Counted from the whole stretch's first letter, positions 1 to 12,119 are shown. The stretch: 61,251 nucleotides of DNA, filler included, from Sphacelaria rigidula (GCA_964200075.2; 5 parts of 5 records of this genome joined end to end with filler, not necessarily neighbours in it); one strand, 5' to 3'. Made by a program: numbers and translations. The notes: generated from the letters alone by a model not told the origin.

Positions 1-1635
1 GGTGTGTGTGTTGAGACGTTGCCACGTGGGATATATGAGGTTTATGGAGAGAGCCCCCCTTTCTTTTTTTTTTTTTCGCTTCGTGAGTTGTCGGTGATGG
101 TGGATTCAGAACGTTTTGTTTTGATGAGAAAGCGTCGAGATAAAATCACTGAATGAAAAAAAAATATACCTAGTGAGTAGGAAAATAAGGATCTTCGCAC
201 ATACCTCATGTACATGGTGTGAAAGTTCCATGGAAAACAAACTGATCTTGGCGAGAGCCTCAAATATTCCTGTCCGCGTCTTCGCTGGTCCGTTTCCACA
301 CAAAAATCAGGTTTCGATAGACAGACGTGATCTGTGTTAATTTTCGAATCGCTTTCCATGAAATTCGGACACGATGTACAGCACAGCACGTATGTGCGAA
401 CACCCCATTTTCCTCCCTTCAGGCGACTTTTCATGTGTCATATAAACATGTTGAAAACTGCTTTTTGGCCCTTGTTCTTCGTTTTGCGCCCGGAAGGAGG
501 ATCAGGCGCATGTTGACACCTTGGAATGACTTGGTCTACTCATATGAAGACCGTTCCAGAGCACCTTTGCGTTTCCCGCAAGTCACAGTTGAGTTCACGG
601 CCACCCTTGCATCTTCAACAGCAAACGGTCAAGTTATCAAAAAGTGTCAATATCCGCCCCACCCTCCTCTCGGGCGAAAAACGACGGAGCAGGGACAAAA
701 AGGCCCCTTTCGACCAAGGTTTTTTTTAACACAAAGGAAGTGACGTTAATCCTTCGACCGCGAGGGTAGAAGTCCATCTGGATCATGCATGCTTTAGCCC
801 TTAGACCGCGAAATTAGTCTTTTTGGATCATGCATACTTTTTTTCAGTTGAAATTGATGCCGATTCTACAGAAGACTAACCTCGCTATCCAAGGGTTGAA
901 TCGAATTGATGCGGATTTCGAATTGATGTGGATTCAACACTTGACCTACTCTCACCGTCCAAGTGTTGACTTGATGAAAATGCGTGAGTTATTGTCCGCG
1001 GGAATTTTTTTTCAACAATTTTTCAGAAATAAAATTCAATCGCGAATAACGCACGAAGAAAAATTAGGAATGGGGAAGTTTTGGGCCTTCGCACATACCT
1101 CAGGTAGATACGTGATCGATCCATCATACGAAAAATATTCAAGGAGTGAGCAAGACTGTCGTGGTTCGATATCCCTGTTCGCATCGTTGGCGGCCCAGCT
1201 TGTACCTGTTTGCGCGAACCGGCAGTATGTCTAGTCGGAGAGTAATATGAACTTCTGGCACACGGAATGATGTGACACACAACCCCACACAACAAAGCAT
1301 GAAACTGAGGGCCTCGCTCCCCCCGCGGACAAAATGCAACTAACTTGGGCCGTGGCTGCTGACCAGCCGAGCACGTTGTTTTGCCGTTTTCTCATCAGGT
1401 CGTTTTGGGAATCAACGAGAAACGGGAGTTTGTGCCAGACAGACACGCGATGGCCGACAGTTGGGAAAAATCCCGCATTGATATTTTGGAAAACCTTAAC
1501 CGCGAGTCCTACGTGATCTTTGCTCACATGATCACACATGGCACATCATGCGAGCACTCGAGAAACGCACGTCAAATAAGAAATATCTCACTTCTGAATT
1601 GTACTTGATTGTGCTCCATTTTGCGGTAAAAATTC

Positions 1636-2062
1636 CAGGGAGGGACACGTGACACACGTGACACATTTGAAAAAAACGGGAAAAAAAAACGTATTTTTGG
1701 GCCATTTGACGCTACGCTTGCGTTGATTTTTTGGACGGGACACAATCGCAACGTACGTGACGTAACATGTGGACCTTGAAGCATTGTCTCTTGGTCCTTT
1801 CCAGATGTAAAAAAAGGCTGTTTTTGTGATTTTTTAACGTGACACGTGACACGTTACATTTTCACGGAAACAAGCAGAGTTTTCGTCACATTTGGAAAGT
1901 AAAACGCAATGTTAAGGTTCATGCGAAGGACCACACGATACGTCATGCTACGTTACATATGTCCCGTCCAAAAAATCGAATATTACGTAGCGTTAATTGA
2001 CCCAAATTTACGTGTTTCTAATGTGTCACGTTAGAACGTCACGTGTCGCGTATCCCTCCCTG
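1636..2062. mobile_element. hAT-like non-autonomous element (MITE), 427 bp
   Basis: TIRs CAGGGAGGGA(C/T)ACG(T/C)GACAC at both ends. Perfect 8-bp TSD AAAAATTC (1628-1635 and 2063-2070). Subterminal inverted repeat TTTTTTGGACGGGACA/TGTCCCGTCCAAAAAA and many ACGT motifs. Confidence 0.9.
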
Positions 2063-2469
2063 AAAAATTCCACGTCAGACAGCTCATTAGCTACCTAGAA
2101 TACGTAATCAAAGCAGACCCTCAGATCCCTCGTCCAAAGATGTATCATTCGTGACAGCAGGGTCCGAGGAGGCAAAGCGCTACCTGTGCCCCACCCACCC
2201 CGCGTGGAAGAAGGGGTCAAATGAAATGGCTCATGTTCCGGATCAGTACAGTCATGAACAAAGCCATACTCAAGTAGCTCATGAGTTGTCTGACGTGTGT
2301 AGACTTCTCTACTGCAGCATGTCACACAAGATACGCGAGGAAAAATTAGAATTTGCCGACGAGAGCCAAAAATCGTTTTCCATACCACACGGTAAAAATG
2401 CACCGGTGAAGAAAAAAAAATTCAACGGAGGCTTACCGAATATTTTCTGTCGTCATGATGTACACGCAG

Positions 2470-2703
2470 GCACTCTTCAGCCCTCCCGGGGGCAACAAGA
2501 ACATCAACATGGGCGGCGGCGGCGGCGGAATGATGGGAGGCGGGAACGGCAACAACAAGAACAACCGCCAGAATGACTTCGAGGAGGGCGACGGCCTTGA
2601 TGGCGTCGCCATGCTCGGCGTGCTCGCGGCGCTCAAGGGAGGCGCCGGCAGCGCTTGGGACGCTTACAACGCCAAGCTCGACGAGAGCCCGATCTTGGTC
2701 AAG
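2470..2703 (+). CDS. Mpv17/PMP22-family membrane protein, internal exon (Gly/Asn-rich linker and start of domain)
   Basis: CAG| acceptor, AAG|GTATGC donor, 78 codons, phase 0. Ends WDAYNAKLDESPILVK and joins in frame to 11511 (ACTSLVGFTIGDIMAQ). GC3-rich codons. Confidence 0.85.
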
Positions 2704-2984
2704 GTATGCATCGTTACAGTATCTTTGATGTCTTGGATGTGTTGGAGCTACCGTGGGTGGTCATGGCCGTTCAAATGATCGTGCTGAGAAAGTGACGGTG
2801 AAGCAAAAACATCCCTCGTGCTGTGTGTGTACCCTAGCAAAATATCTGCTCACCTGCACTCAAATCTATAAAACGATGAGATGATGGGTTTTCAAGCCTT
2901 CATTTTTGTTACTGCTGTGTTATTATTACTGTCTACACGGAAGATATTCGATGGTGTGATGTGCAGGAAAAGAGAGCGATGGAC

Positions 2985-3085
2985 GAGGGCGTGAACCAAC
3001 TCTGTGACGCCCGGCCGCAAACTATAATCTCCAGTCGGCTCACGAGCCACAAGCCGTCACCGATTCACGAATCACAAATCAGCAA
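2985..3085 (-). repeat. Probable 3' LTR fragment of the adjacent Copia relic
   Basis: Lies just downstream of the RNase H on the minus strand. Homologous to 7897-8000, which begins TGTTG on the minus strand. Confidence 0.5.
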
Positions 3086-3129
3086 TTCTTGATCCTGGGA
3101 ACATGGAGAATCTGCCGTTTTCCAGTCAC

Positions 3130-4400
3130 AAGGAACCCTCTGAAACGGTATTCCTAGAATACGTGAATATCCCACAATTTCCCCGCACACATGCTGACTT
3201 TTGTTCGTAGATGAGTTATGTTGAACACCCTCCCTAGCCGTATCGACTACGAAGCCTAAGCTAACGTGCTTGCTGTTGGGCGCGCTCATGGGGCTGTTAA
3301 TCTAAGCCAAGTCTATCGCCCTCTTGTCCTGGACACGCTTATCGTCCCAGACGGGGCATAAGAAACGTTAGTATCTCCGTCACATACAGGTCTCTTTGAC
3401 ACCGTCCGTCATTGCCCCATACCCTGCCTCGGTAGTAGATAGGGTGACGCTCTTCTGAGTCCTACGAGTAGAGAACCCGAAACTAGCATTCCTCCGCACG
3501 AAATAGCTACACCAGAAACGGAACATAGATCTTTCGCCTTGTGGGCGTAGTCTACTTTAACGTACGTTTCCAAGTCAACTGAATACATCCCACATCTCTA
3601 CCCCTCCTGAGAAGTAGACCGAAGTTCGACCTAGCACTCAAATACCGGAGTACCTTCTGTGCCGTCTTGTGGTGAATCGGCTTGGGGCCAGTTGAAAACC
3701 GTGCAATTGCCCGAAGTGTGTTCGCGATGTCGGGCCTTGCTGGTTTGCAATCCATATCAGACGCCTCACCATCTCACGAGGGTCCAAGGAAGCGGTGGCG
3801 GGGATGGGGCTGGTGTTTAAGACGTGAAGACCATCTAGCACACTCCGAATAAAGTAGGTCTGGGAATTTTTCAAAGTACCCTCCTGCCGATTCCTCTTGG
3901 ACTCACTCCCCACATACCGCTCTATCTGCCCGAGATGTTTGGTTTGAAATATCTGATTGAGGGCACTGGATCCCCCTTCGGTCCTATCCTAATCTTGATT
4001 TCGTCCACACGAAAGACCATCATCGCCACAAGGCCACCAGCAACCCTCAGTCGAGACTCAGGGATCCACCAAACATTGCTCGAAACCACTGTACCAGGGG
4101 TGACACCAGTCGATACCACCCACGGCCACTCTGCCTTAGTCCGTAGAAGGTGTTGTTGAGACCCTCTACCTTAAGAGATGCCCCTTCAAAAGCGGGGGGC
4201 AGGCGGAAGTATGTACGAGTATGGGTGTCCAACTCCGACTGTCTGAAAGTCTGATCTACATCCAAGTGCTTCAAATCCCCGTCTAGCTTCCATGCCACAC
4301 GTGCTGGGCCAGCCTAGAAACGGGTGTAAGCTCTCAAAGCAATATCTTATCGACACAGATGAGATGGGCGGTGATCCGCATATATTCGTCAACTAAACAG
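3130..4400 (-). mobile_element. Ty1/Copia LTR-retrotransposon relic (RT-RNase H, frameshifted)
   Basis: RT motifs HLDVDQTFRQSELD...LNNTFYGLRQSGRGW and RPDIANTLRAIARF...AQKVLRYL; RNase H motif VTLSTTEAGY near 3420-3450. Confidence 0.85.
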
Positions 4401-5147
4401 GGAAAGGTGCCCATCTGCTTCAAAGTCTGGGCCAATATTTTATCGTTGATTAAACCCCATTCTAGTGATTCCCATACCGAACGGAGAAAACATCCATACT
4501 AAATCTATGAGAACTCCTGAACTATACATTGAGCGGATGACGATATTTGGTGTGGACATTTCCTGGAGTACGGGGAGACGATATATACCCTCACCTTCAC
4601 CTAACTCGTTATCTGTCTCGAGACATGCGCACGTGAGGCTCCTGGTATAATCAACATATTACGAGCAGAGGTATTAAATGCACTGAATCTGGATATCACG
4701 TCTCAATTTTTGACAGTTGTGCTTGAAAAAATCGTATGGAGAAGCGCTGGTGCACAAAGAAATTGAGAAATAACCGGTTTTCATTTATATTTCTTCGTTT
4801 CTTTGGGGAGATGCCGAGGAGAAATGAACATTGCTCGTGGATCTAATCTCGATTGTTTAGCTCAATTTTCAGGTTTGTGATTTGAAACCCGTCATGGAAA
4901 ACCACAGAGGTATGCTGAAATAAGAGAAAAAATTGGCCTCGATTTGTTTTGCTGTGAGAGGTTTGGGCGTTTCGTGAAATAATGGGCACAACGCCCATAC
5001 ATGGGGATAGATTTTTGTAGTGAAATATGAAAGCTAAACAATCAGAGGCCCCTCGGTGAGGAATCGACGGAATCTAGTGCTACAAGAATGCGACCTTCGT
5101 AGTGAATTATGTAGTGAAAACTGCTTGTGATTGGCTCGCACACTCGA

Positions 5148-5249
5148 AAAAAAAGCTCCTATGTTGACCTTCCTCCTGTGTGACCCTGGCTGATTCGCCC
5201 ACATATACCGAAAGGTGTAGACATGCGTCCAGAATAGATGGGACGACAT
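5148..5249 (+). mobile_element. 5'-truncated copy of the tRNA-derived SINE
   Basis: Matches the 3' end of the SINEs at 41409, 51583 and 58889. Flanked by a 9-bp TSD CACACTCGA (5139-5147, 5250-5258). Confidence 0.8.
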
Positions 5250-5514
5250 CACACTCGAGTCACACCTGTAGTGTACGCAGGGACGGATTGAACAGCAGCA
5301 GAGAAACCAATCTGCATGCACACAAGCAGACAGCGAGTGGTACATTGCCGCCACAGTGAGTCATGACAATACTCGTGTATCGGTATATCCCCATCTCACT
5401 GTGGCTGGTCGTGCCTCTTCGTGATCGCGAGCGCTGGCGCCGATGCCAGCAGCAGCAGCCGTCATGCTGACGTGTGCAAGCAGTACCCTGGCGGTGCAGT
5501 ATACCCGCACTGTT

Positions 5515-5622
5515 TCAGTATCCCACCTTCCTTTTGGAGTGCTTGCCTTTACTTTTTATCGCCAGAGGGGTTCGGCACTCCCTTCCCCTCGTCGACCGTT
5601 ACGTCGAATTTTCGTGTTTACC
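5515..5622 (-). mobile_element. Internal SINE fragment
   Basis: Reverse complement of the SINE body (aaaattcgac...cggtcgacgaggg...aaaggcaagcac...aaggaaggtggg). Confidence 0.75.
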
Positions 5623-6161
5623 GGCGCTGGTTGTGTGTCCTTACCCAGCCATGCTTGGTATCGCGCAAGTGATGGGTCCGGGTAACATTCATTTTTCAAC
5701 AGTCACGTGCATATACCACACTTCGTCCCGATTGATACTATATTTTACAGGGGGACGAACACCGCCATACGGCACCTCAAGCAATCTCAGCGGAGACCAA
5801 ACCGTCTTCGCAAGGTCGAAAGACACCACAGAACAGTGGTAGCTACAGCACATATGAGACCGGACGCGAGCGTGTTTGTGCTCCAGTACAGTGAAACAGA
5901 ACATGTCCCATGTTTTACTTTTGCGGTTGTCGTCAGTGTTTGCCGGGTGCCGATCTTGAACACTCGACAATAATGGTCTTTACTGTACGGGAACGTTCAA
6001 AACAGGGAAGAAAAATAAACACCATCCTGACCCACCTTCTGCTTCACTATGTCCTAGCAAGGTTCCGCACGAAATTTCAACGCACAAATACCAAACGTGG
6101 GCCGGTGAGTGGCCTGCATAATACTGCTCCGAATTTCCACCGACCCGCCCGGTCACTAAAC

Positions 6162-6441
6162 GGCCCATTCGCCGGCCAATATTATTTTAAGTTGAACCCT
6201 AAAATTTGGTATGGACAATGAAGAAGGCATGATGAAAAACTAATCACGTGTGGACCCGAGTTTGACTTCTTCATGAGTTGAAGGCAAAAGTCAATTTTCA
6301 AGTATCAGTAGAATGCCGTCAAATAATGATGGGAAAACTATTTGAGTCCACGCATTATTTTTCTTATTATGCCCTGTTCATTGTCCCTATAAACGTTTAA
6401 CTTTGAGAGCCCAACTCTGAATATTGGCCGGCGAATGGGCC
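6162..6441. mobile_element. MITE with GGCCC termini (PIF/Harbinger-Tourist-like)
   Basis: Perfect 22-bp TIR GGCCCATTCGCCGGCCAATATT, extending imperfectly inward. AT-rich interior. No clear TSD. Confidence 0.7.
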
Positions 6442-6689
6442 TGCAAACTACAAATCCACCTCTAGGCTGGCCCAGCTTGTAGCCGCCACCAACCTGTTCG
6501 AAGTAACAGGGGCCTTACGGATATCTGTCTCAAGGTAGTCTACTCTTCACCTGATTGTACCCCATAACTACTGTACGGGCTTTCACCCGGTCAACCATAC
6601 CGTGCGGATGGCCCTTCCACTCATACCACCACTCACCATCTACGCATCTGTACGCCACTGAAATGCGTTTTCATTCCCACGAGGTATCG

Positions 6690-7800
6690 GCAAGAACCTA
6701 TTGCATACGCCACCCTGCAGTTCGGGAATTGTTGTCAAACATCCTTGTTGGCGATGCACCGTCCGTGGTGCTCTCCCTGAACACATCCAATCGGAAGCCA
6801 CGAAGTGGTCGCCCTCCCGGCATGTCAGTTGCTGTGGTGAATGCCTGCGTACGATCGTTCGACGGGGCAACAACCTCAACACGCCTCTTCCACAACGAGA
6901 AATACTACTCCCATGCGTAGGAACAGCAATTATGATGCTGCTTATTTCCTGAATTCCTACGCGGAGACTGCCACCCCTGAATCTCAACCCCACCGATAGC
7001 TGGCAGCATGCCATCGACGATGACGTCATCTCTATCACGGGAAGCAGACCCTTCGCACCCACCAGTCCCAATACCTTCGGGATATGAGGGCTGGTATCCA
7101 CCGACGGAGCCGTCTCCCAGGCCGCCTGTAGTGTCCCGACTAGCCTCGATGCGCGACAGCCTTTTTTGAAACGTGCTTGCCTGTATCTTGAGTAGTTCCT
7201 TAGTGCCTTAGTTGGAGAATTGAAGACACTAGTCGAGACGCGGCGGGCGAGGACGTTTAAAGAAAGGCTGTCGCGCATTGAGGCTAGTCGGGAGAAATAC
7301 TGGCGGAATGGGAGAGGTTTCCGTCGGTGGATACCCGCCCTCATATCCTGAAGGTGCTGAGAGTGGTGGGCGGGCAGGGTCTGTTCCCGTCATGGAGATG
7401 GAGTCATCATCGATGGCGTGCTGCCAGCTGTCGATTTGGTTGATATTGCAACGGGTACCAGTCTCGCCGTAGAATCTCAGCAAATGAGCAGCATCAAAAC
7501 TGCTGTTTCCCTGAGCTTGGGAGTAATGTAGATTTTCAGTTTTGGAACAAGCGTGTCAGGGGTTCTGTCCTATCGAACGATTGTGTGCAGACATTTACTA
7601 TTGTAACTGACTGATGTGCTGGTAGGCGACCCCTCGGTGTCTTCCCGATTTTCACTTGATGAGGTCTTTTTTGAGGTGAGCGTAAAATGAGCACGTATTG
7701 CCTGGACGCGTTCAGAGGAGAGCATGACGAGGCGTGATTTGCTAGACAGGGTGCTTTCACACAAACTCCCCAGTGCAGTTTGGGGTATGTTACGCAGTTG
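6690..7800. repeat. Long diverged inverted duplication (arms about 6690-7178 and 7251-7800)
   Basis: Colinear reverse-complement similarity over roughly 500 bp (e.g. CCCGACTAGCCTC(G/A)ATGCGCGACAGCCTTT), with a spacer of about 70 bp. Confidence 0.8.
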
Positions 7801-7896
7801 GTTCTTGACGAGAAGTCTCTCCAGAGAAGTCGAAATGGAAGCACCCTTTCAACGAATTATAGATGGAGAAGAAGAAGGATCTGATGAGAGTGATAC

Positions 7897-8000
7897 TCGA
7901 GGGCGTGAACCACTGTATCACGACTGCCCACAAAGCGTGATCTCCGGTCGGCTCTCGAGCTATCATCCGTCATCCATTCACGACTCACAATTCAACACAC
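7897..8000 (-). repeat. LTR fragment related to 2985-3085
   Basis: Shared GAGGGCGTGAACCA...ATCTCC(A/G)GTCGGCTC...ATTCACGA(A/C)TCACAA; TGTTG start on the minus strand. Confidence 0.55.
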
Positions 8001-9011
8001 CCTGGACAAAAGAAGTGTACTGCGTAGAGTATATCGACCATTGCGCCCACTATAACAGACCAAATATTTCATACTGTACTCAGTACATTTATTGACAATA
8101 TAATCCAGTGTTCAGGGTGTGCAAATCAACAATTCTCAAGTTACTTTGACAATTTCCCGTCCTCCAACCGCAACAAACGTTCGGAATGATATTCGTGGAC
8201 TCTTGTGCATCGTAATTCCCCGCCCACAAATACCCATGAGCTATACGAAATGAAAAATGGTTGGACACAGCACACGTACCGATGCGATTCGGTGTTTTAG
8301 GCACCCCTCGAATACTCCCGTCGATGTCTCGGCACTATGAGGAACTGGGTGTTGCGCAACACTCACCGGAAATCTACGGTATTCGGGAGTTTGACACTCG
8401 AATCTAACCACCTTCGGAAGCTGCTAGCCCCCCCCACGCTTGTTTCAAGAGTGGAGGTGTAGGTGCGGGGAAGCGTGTAGCCCCTGATGACCAGTTGGGA
8501 TAAGCTCCCCCCTCCCTCCCCTCTTGGTTACAGAAGAAAATTGAAAACGAGAGCAAACAAAATGAAGCAAAGTCAAGCAGAAGAGAGGAGAGGAAGCAAA
8601 CGAAGGAGGAGTAGCAAAAATGATACGAATCGAAGCGATGAGAAGATGAGTGTAGAACAGCCCGGCCGTCCCCTGCAGCATGGCTGAAGGTGAAGGAGCC
8701 GCGCGCAAAAAAAAAAACAGTCGAGACTGTAACATGCTCATCACGGGGTGTGGTGAAATGTACCGCAATATATATATTATACTCCGGAGGATATATATTG
8801 GTTCGCGTTCGCATTTTGCTGTCACGACTTCGTTTCCCATGCATGGGTCATTCTGGGCTCTCTACTTACAATTCGACGTGAAAAGGAGTGCATGGGCCAT
8901 CCTGGGGTAAGGAGTGGTTTGAGCTGTCGCGCACGAAGTGATCTAGAGATATCCAGCCGTGGTAAAGAGATATGGATGACTGGCAGGCAGCCACGGCTAG
9001 GCCAGTGGGGG

Positions 9012-9279
9012 TGTTGTGTCACGCATTGCGGTAGCCACGGGTACACACGCCAGTGGGTTGTGTCGCCTGTCGTGGATGAATGGATCGAGCGAAGAAGTGC
9101 AACAACTCCGTTGTGATTGATGGTAATGATGATGGACGCAAGTGAAATCCTGTCGTGTAGGAGACCTTATCGCCATAGTTATCATCATGTATGCAATTTT
9201 CTAGAGAAGAATATCGAAATTACTGTTCGGCGAGAATTACCTACACCGCTCCCGTCGGAGTTGCAGCATTACTGCAACA
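9012..9279 (+). repeat. Putative Copia-type 3' LTR
   Basis: TGTTG...CAACA termini preceded by a purine-rich tract AGTGGGGG (PPT-like). Confidence 0.45.
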
Positions 9280-9286
9280 AGATATA

Positions 9287-9835
9287 CAGTAGTGGGCGAT
9301 CTAACAAATCATTTTGGGGCACCTTGTGATTTTTTCGTAATTGGCGACATTCTTGCGCTCTTTTCGCTTGTCACCACTTGTCGCATTAGGGATCTGAAGA
9401 CATCTGTACCCGCGCCACATTCCAAGAAAAAATAACTTCTGTACCCAATATTGAGTGACTTACGGGCTGACCGGTCATCGGGGGTTCTGCCACGTTTCAG
9501 CCCAGAGTCTTACTCTTCGGTACTATCGGTCAAACGAGCTTATCCCGATCACATTTGTGAAGAAATGTACAGTTTCATTTTTTTGAAATTCTATCAACTC
9601 ATTGCACTAGAGCCGAAAAACAGTGTTTCACGGTCAATAGCACCCTCCTGATGAACGGGGTATTTACTCGTATCCCCCGATAGCACCAACTGACCATGAC
9701 TTGGGCACTGCGTTTTGAGGATGATCTGTTGATTGTGCCAAAATCTACCTACGCTAGCAATTTCGAATTCTATCGAAAAGTAGTACGCGAGGTAAACCCC
9801 AAATCACCTCTGAATAGTTAGACCGCCCACTACTG
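9287..9835. mobile_element. Tc1/mariner-type MITE (CAGT termini), 549 bp
   Basis: TIR CAGTAGTGGGCG(A/G)TCTAAC with TA on both flanks. Second copy at 16636 to about 17170. Confidence 0.85.
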
Positions 9836-11159
9836 TAGTATATCTATAAGATATTTCGAACTCACGAGCGTGAAGCATACTTCGTAACGCGGCGTCCACG
9901 AGATTTTTGCTGATTTTATTGGCAAGTTTCTCCGCACCCGCCTCGGGATATGACTGTGTGGGCCAATGCCGATGGTACGGGTTTTCGGCACGCGGATTCG
10001 TTGTGTCGTCTTCTGGAGTTGGAAGCTTCCGACGCAGATGATTGCCGGTGAAAGGCATATGATTGCCGGTGAAAGGCATACATACGTCGTGTGTACCAAG
10101 AGTAGAAAACGGGATCCAGACTCTGATTCTGCCCCAAATCGTGGACGGAACAAGCTGAAAATGTGACCATAGTCTAACAATACGTCCACTCAGCCAGCAC
10201 ATAGTCGCGATCATGTACTGAGCTCGTCTGCGTGAAGTTTTACTCATCTTTGTATCCTGCACGAGGACAGCTGCTGCCTGGGCACCCAACGCTCCGGTAT
10301 GTCATATTCACTTTTACCTATCGTGCGGGGATAAGTGTATAATAATGCCCGCACCCGCCCGCACACGAGCTTCCCATAATGTGTACATATATATATATTG
10401 GAATTATGATAATAGTATATCGAAAGTTTAGCAACTTGAAATGTAAAATTTGGCGCTCCGTTTCGAAGAAGATGTGCATTTACTCTGTAGCTGAAAGTTT
10501 GGAATGTACGCGTGAAGGGCGTCGGCATGGGTTTGAACCCGTGTCGGCTACTACTTTCTTGGCTAGTAGTGCGTAAGTAGAACACTGTTCCTTCAGACCG
10601 GGAGTCCTCAGTATGCGAGTGTATTCTGTAGGTGAAGTATGACATCACAGATGTGCCAGACGTCGGTATGAGTTCGAACCCTGTGCCGGCTATTTTTTTT
10701 GCTCGTGGTGCGAGAGTAAAACACTGTTTCTTCACCCCGGGAGTTGAGCTCGGGTCTTGGGTCGGGTGTTTTTTTTTTCTGCTGGTGGTACCGTATAAGA
10801 AGACAGTTTTTCCACACCAGGAGTCGATTTTGTGTTCCACTGCAATCTTCGCACTTTCTCTCATCATTCGTACCCGCGGTCCTATTCGTCATCGTCTCGC
10901 GAATTTTGCTTCCTTCATCATGATATTTTCCCGTCCCACTTGCATTAACCAACATCGTCTTCACTGTAGACAAACACAATGACCTTGCAGACATGGGTGC
11001 GAGCAGAGGGAATGCTACGACATATCGACCGTCGCCCTCTCTCTCAGTCGCGCTGCAATTTTTTTCCTGTGCACGTTTCCTCATCGTTCCACCCGCTATC
11101 AAGTACTCTTTCTCGTCTTCTTTGTTCCGTATACAGCATGAAATTGTAACCGAGAATCA

Positions 11160-11407
11160 TTTCTCACGAGAGCTTGGCAAGGCAAGAATACTGCGACCCT
11201 TCGAGAAGACGGGCGGGACCGGGGCGCTCTACTGTCTCAGACACCCACTTTTGCTAGTCGCTCATACCCGCAACCCTGGGGGAGTTTACGTGTGTTCTTG
11301 TTTTATATGCAAGATCAACATTTCGAGAGAGGATTTATTCTCCCGAGGGTTTGGCTTGGCAAGAATACTGAGATCCTCGAAAAAGACGGACGGGACCGCG
11401 GCGCAGC
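11160..11407 (+). repeat. Local direct duplication (about 65 bp x2)
   Basis: TTCTC.CGAG.G.TTGGC..GGCAAGAATACTG.GA.CCT..GA.AAGACGG.CGGGACCG.GGCGC at about 11161 and 11338. Confidence 0.7.
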
Positions 11408-11510
11408 CCCGGGTCCCTTGCGTCTTGCATATGCATGTATATATAGCGGCGTGTTGATATACCCGAGACCCCCCGCCCCATTTTGCTTTGGATATGACCC
11501 TACCCACCAG

Positions 11511-11714
11511 GCATGCACGTCGCTGGTGGGCTTCACCATCGGTGACATCATGGCACAGAAAGGTACCGGCGCCAAGGGAGAACCATTGGACTACGGACGT
11601 GTGGGCCGCATGGCCGCTTTCGGGTTCCTGTTCCACGGAACCATCTCGCACTTCTTCTACAACGCGCTCGACGCAGCTCTGCCCGGGACTGCCGCTATGA
11701 CTGTCGTGCAAAAG
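11511..11714 (+). CDS. Mpv17/PMP22-family membrane protein, internal exon
   Basis: CAG| acceptor, AAG|GTGAGT donor, 68 codons: ACTSLVGFTIGDIMAQK...DYGRVGRMAAFGFLFHGTISHFFYNALDAALPG...VVQK. This fits the Mpv17/PMP22 pattern (GDxxAQ, DxxRxxR, HxxYxxLD). Downstream exons lie beyond the contig end. Confidence 0.88.
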
Positions 11715-12119
11715 GTGAGTTTCGTCTCCTTCATATTTGTTTGTCGTTCGTTGCCTTCTTTTTGGGTTTTGGCGTAGGCGCCAGACTAGAGCACTGATTC
11801 TCCGCCGGAAGATGGGCTACCCCACGGCGCTGTGTGGATGCTCTAGTCGTTGAACCCAGATTTGTTAATGTAGTGTGGAGCGCACATGGGTTGATCCCGG
11901 AGAGAGTGAATATCCTCTTGGGGGTGAGACAATCAGTGGGTTGTTGGCTTCGGGGAATGATCCTCGTGGGTGCTGTCTTGAGGACTTGTGCGTGTGTGGG
12001 GATGCATGGATTCTCGATGTGGCGAGCCTCGTAATCTTTACGGAGTTCCGATTCGCTGCTCGACAGATCGTTCTTCAAGGGCAATGAAAGATCGTGGATT
12101 TAGATCGGCTCGTATGAAA

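Larger units (their letters stand above)
5112..5915 (+). repeat. Dispersed non-coding repeat (copy 1), interrupted by two SINE pieces
   Basis: Colinear reverse-complement homology with about 15895-16635, e.g. GCGAGTGGTACATTGCCGCCACAG and CACCACAGAACAGTG(G/A)TAGCTACAGCACAT. Confidence 0.75.

Noticed and set aside
7875..7905. Hammerhead ribozyme core (CTGATGA + stem)
   Set aside because: The stem is followed by GAGG, not GAAA, and the motif is absent from the homologous copy near 2985. The CTGATGA at 52315 also lacks the required stems.
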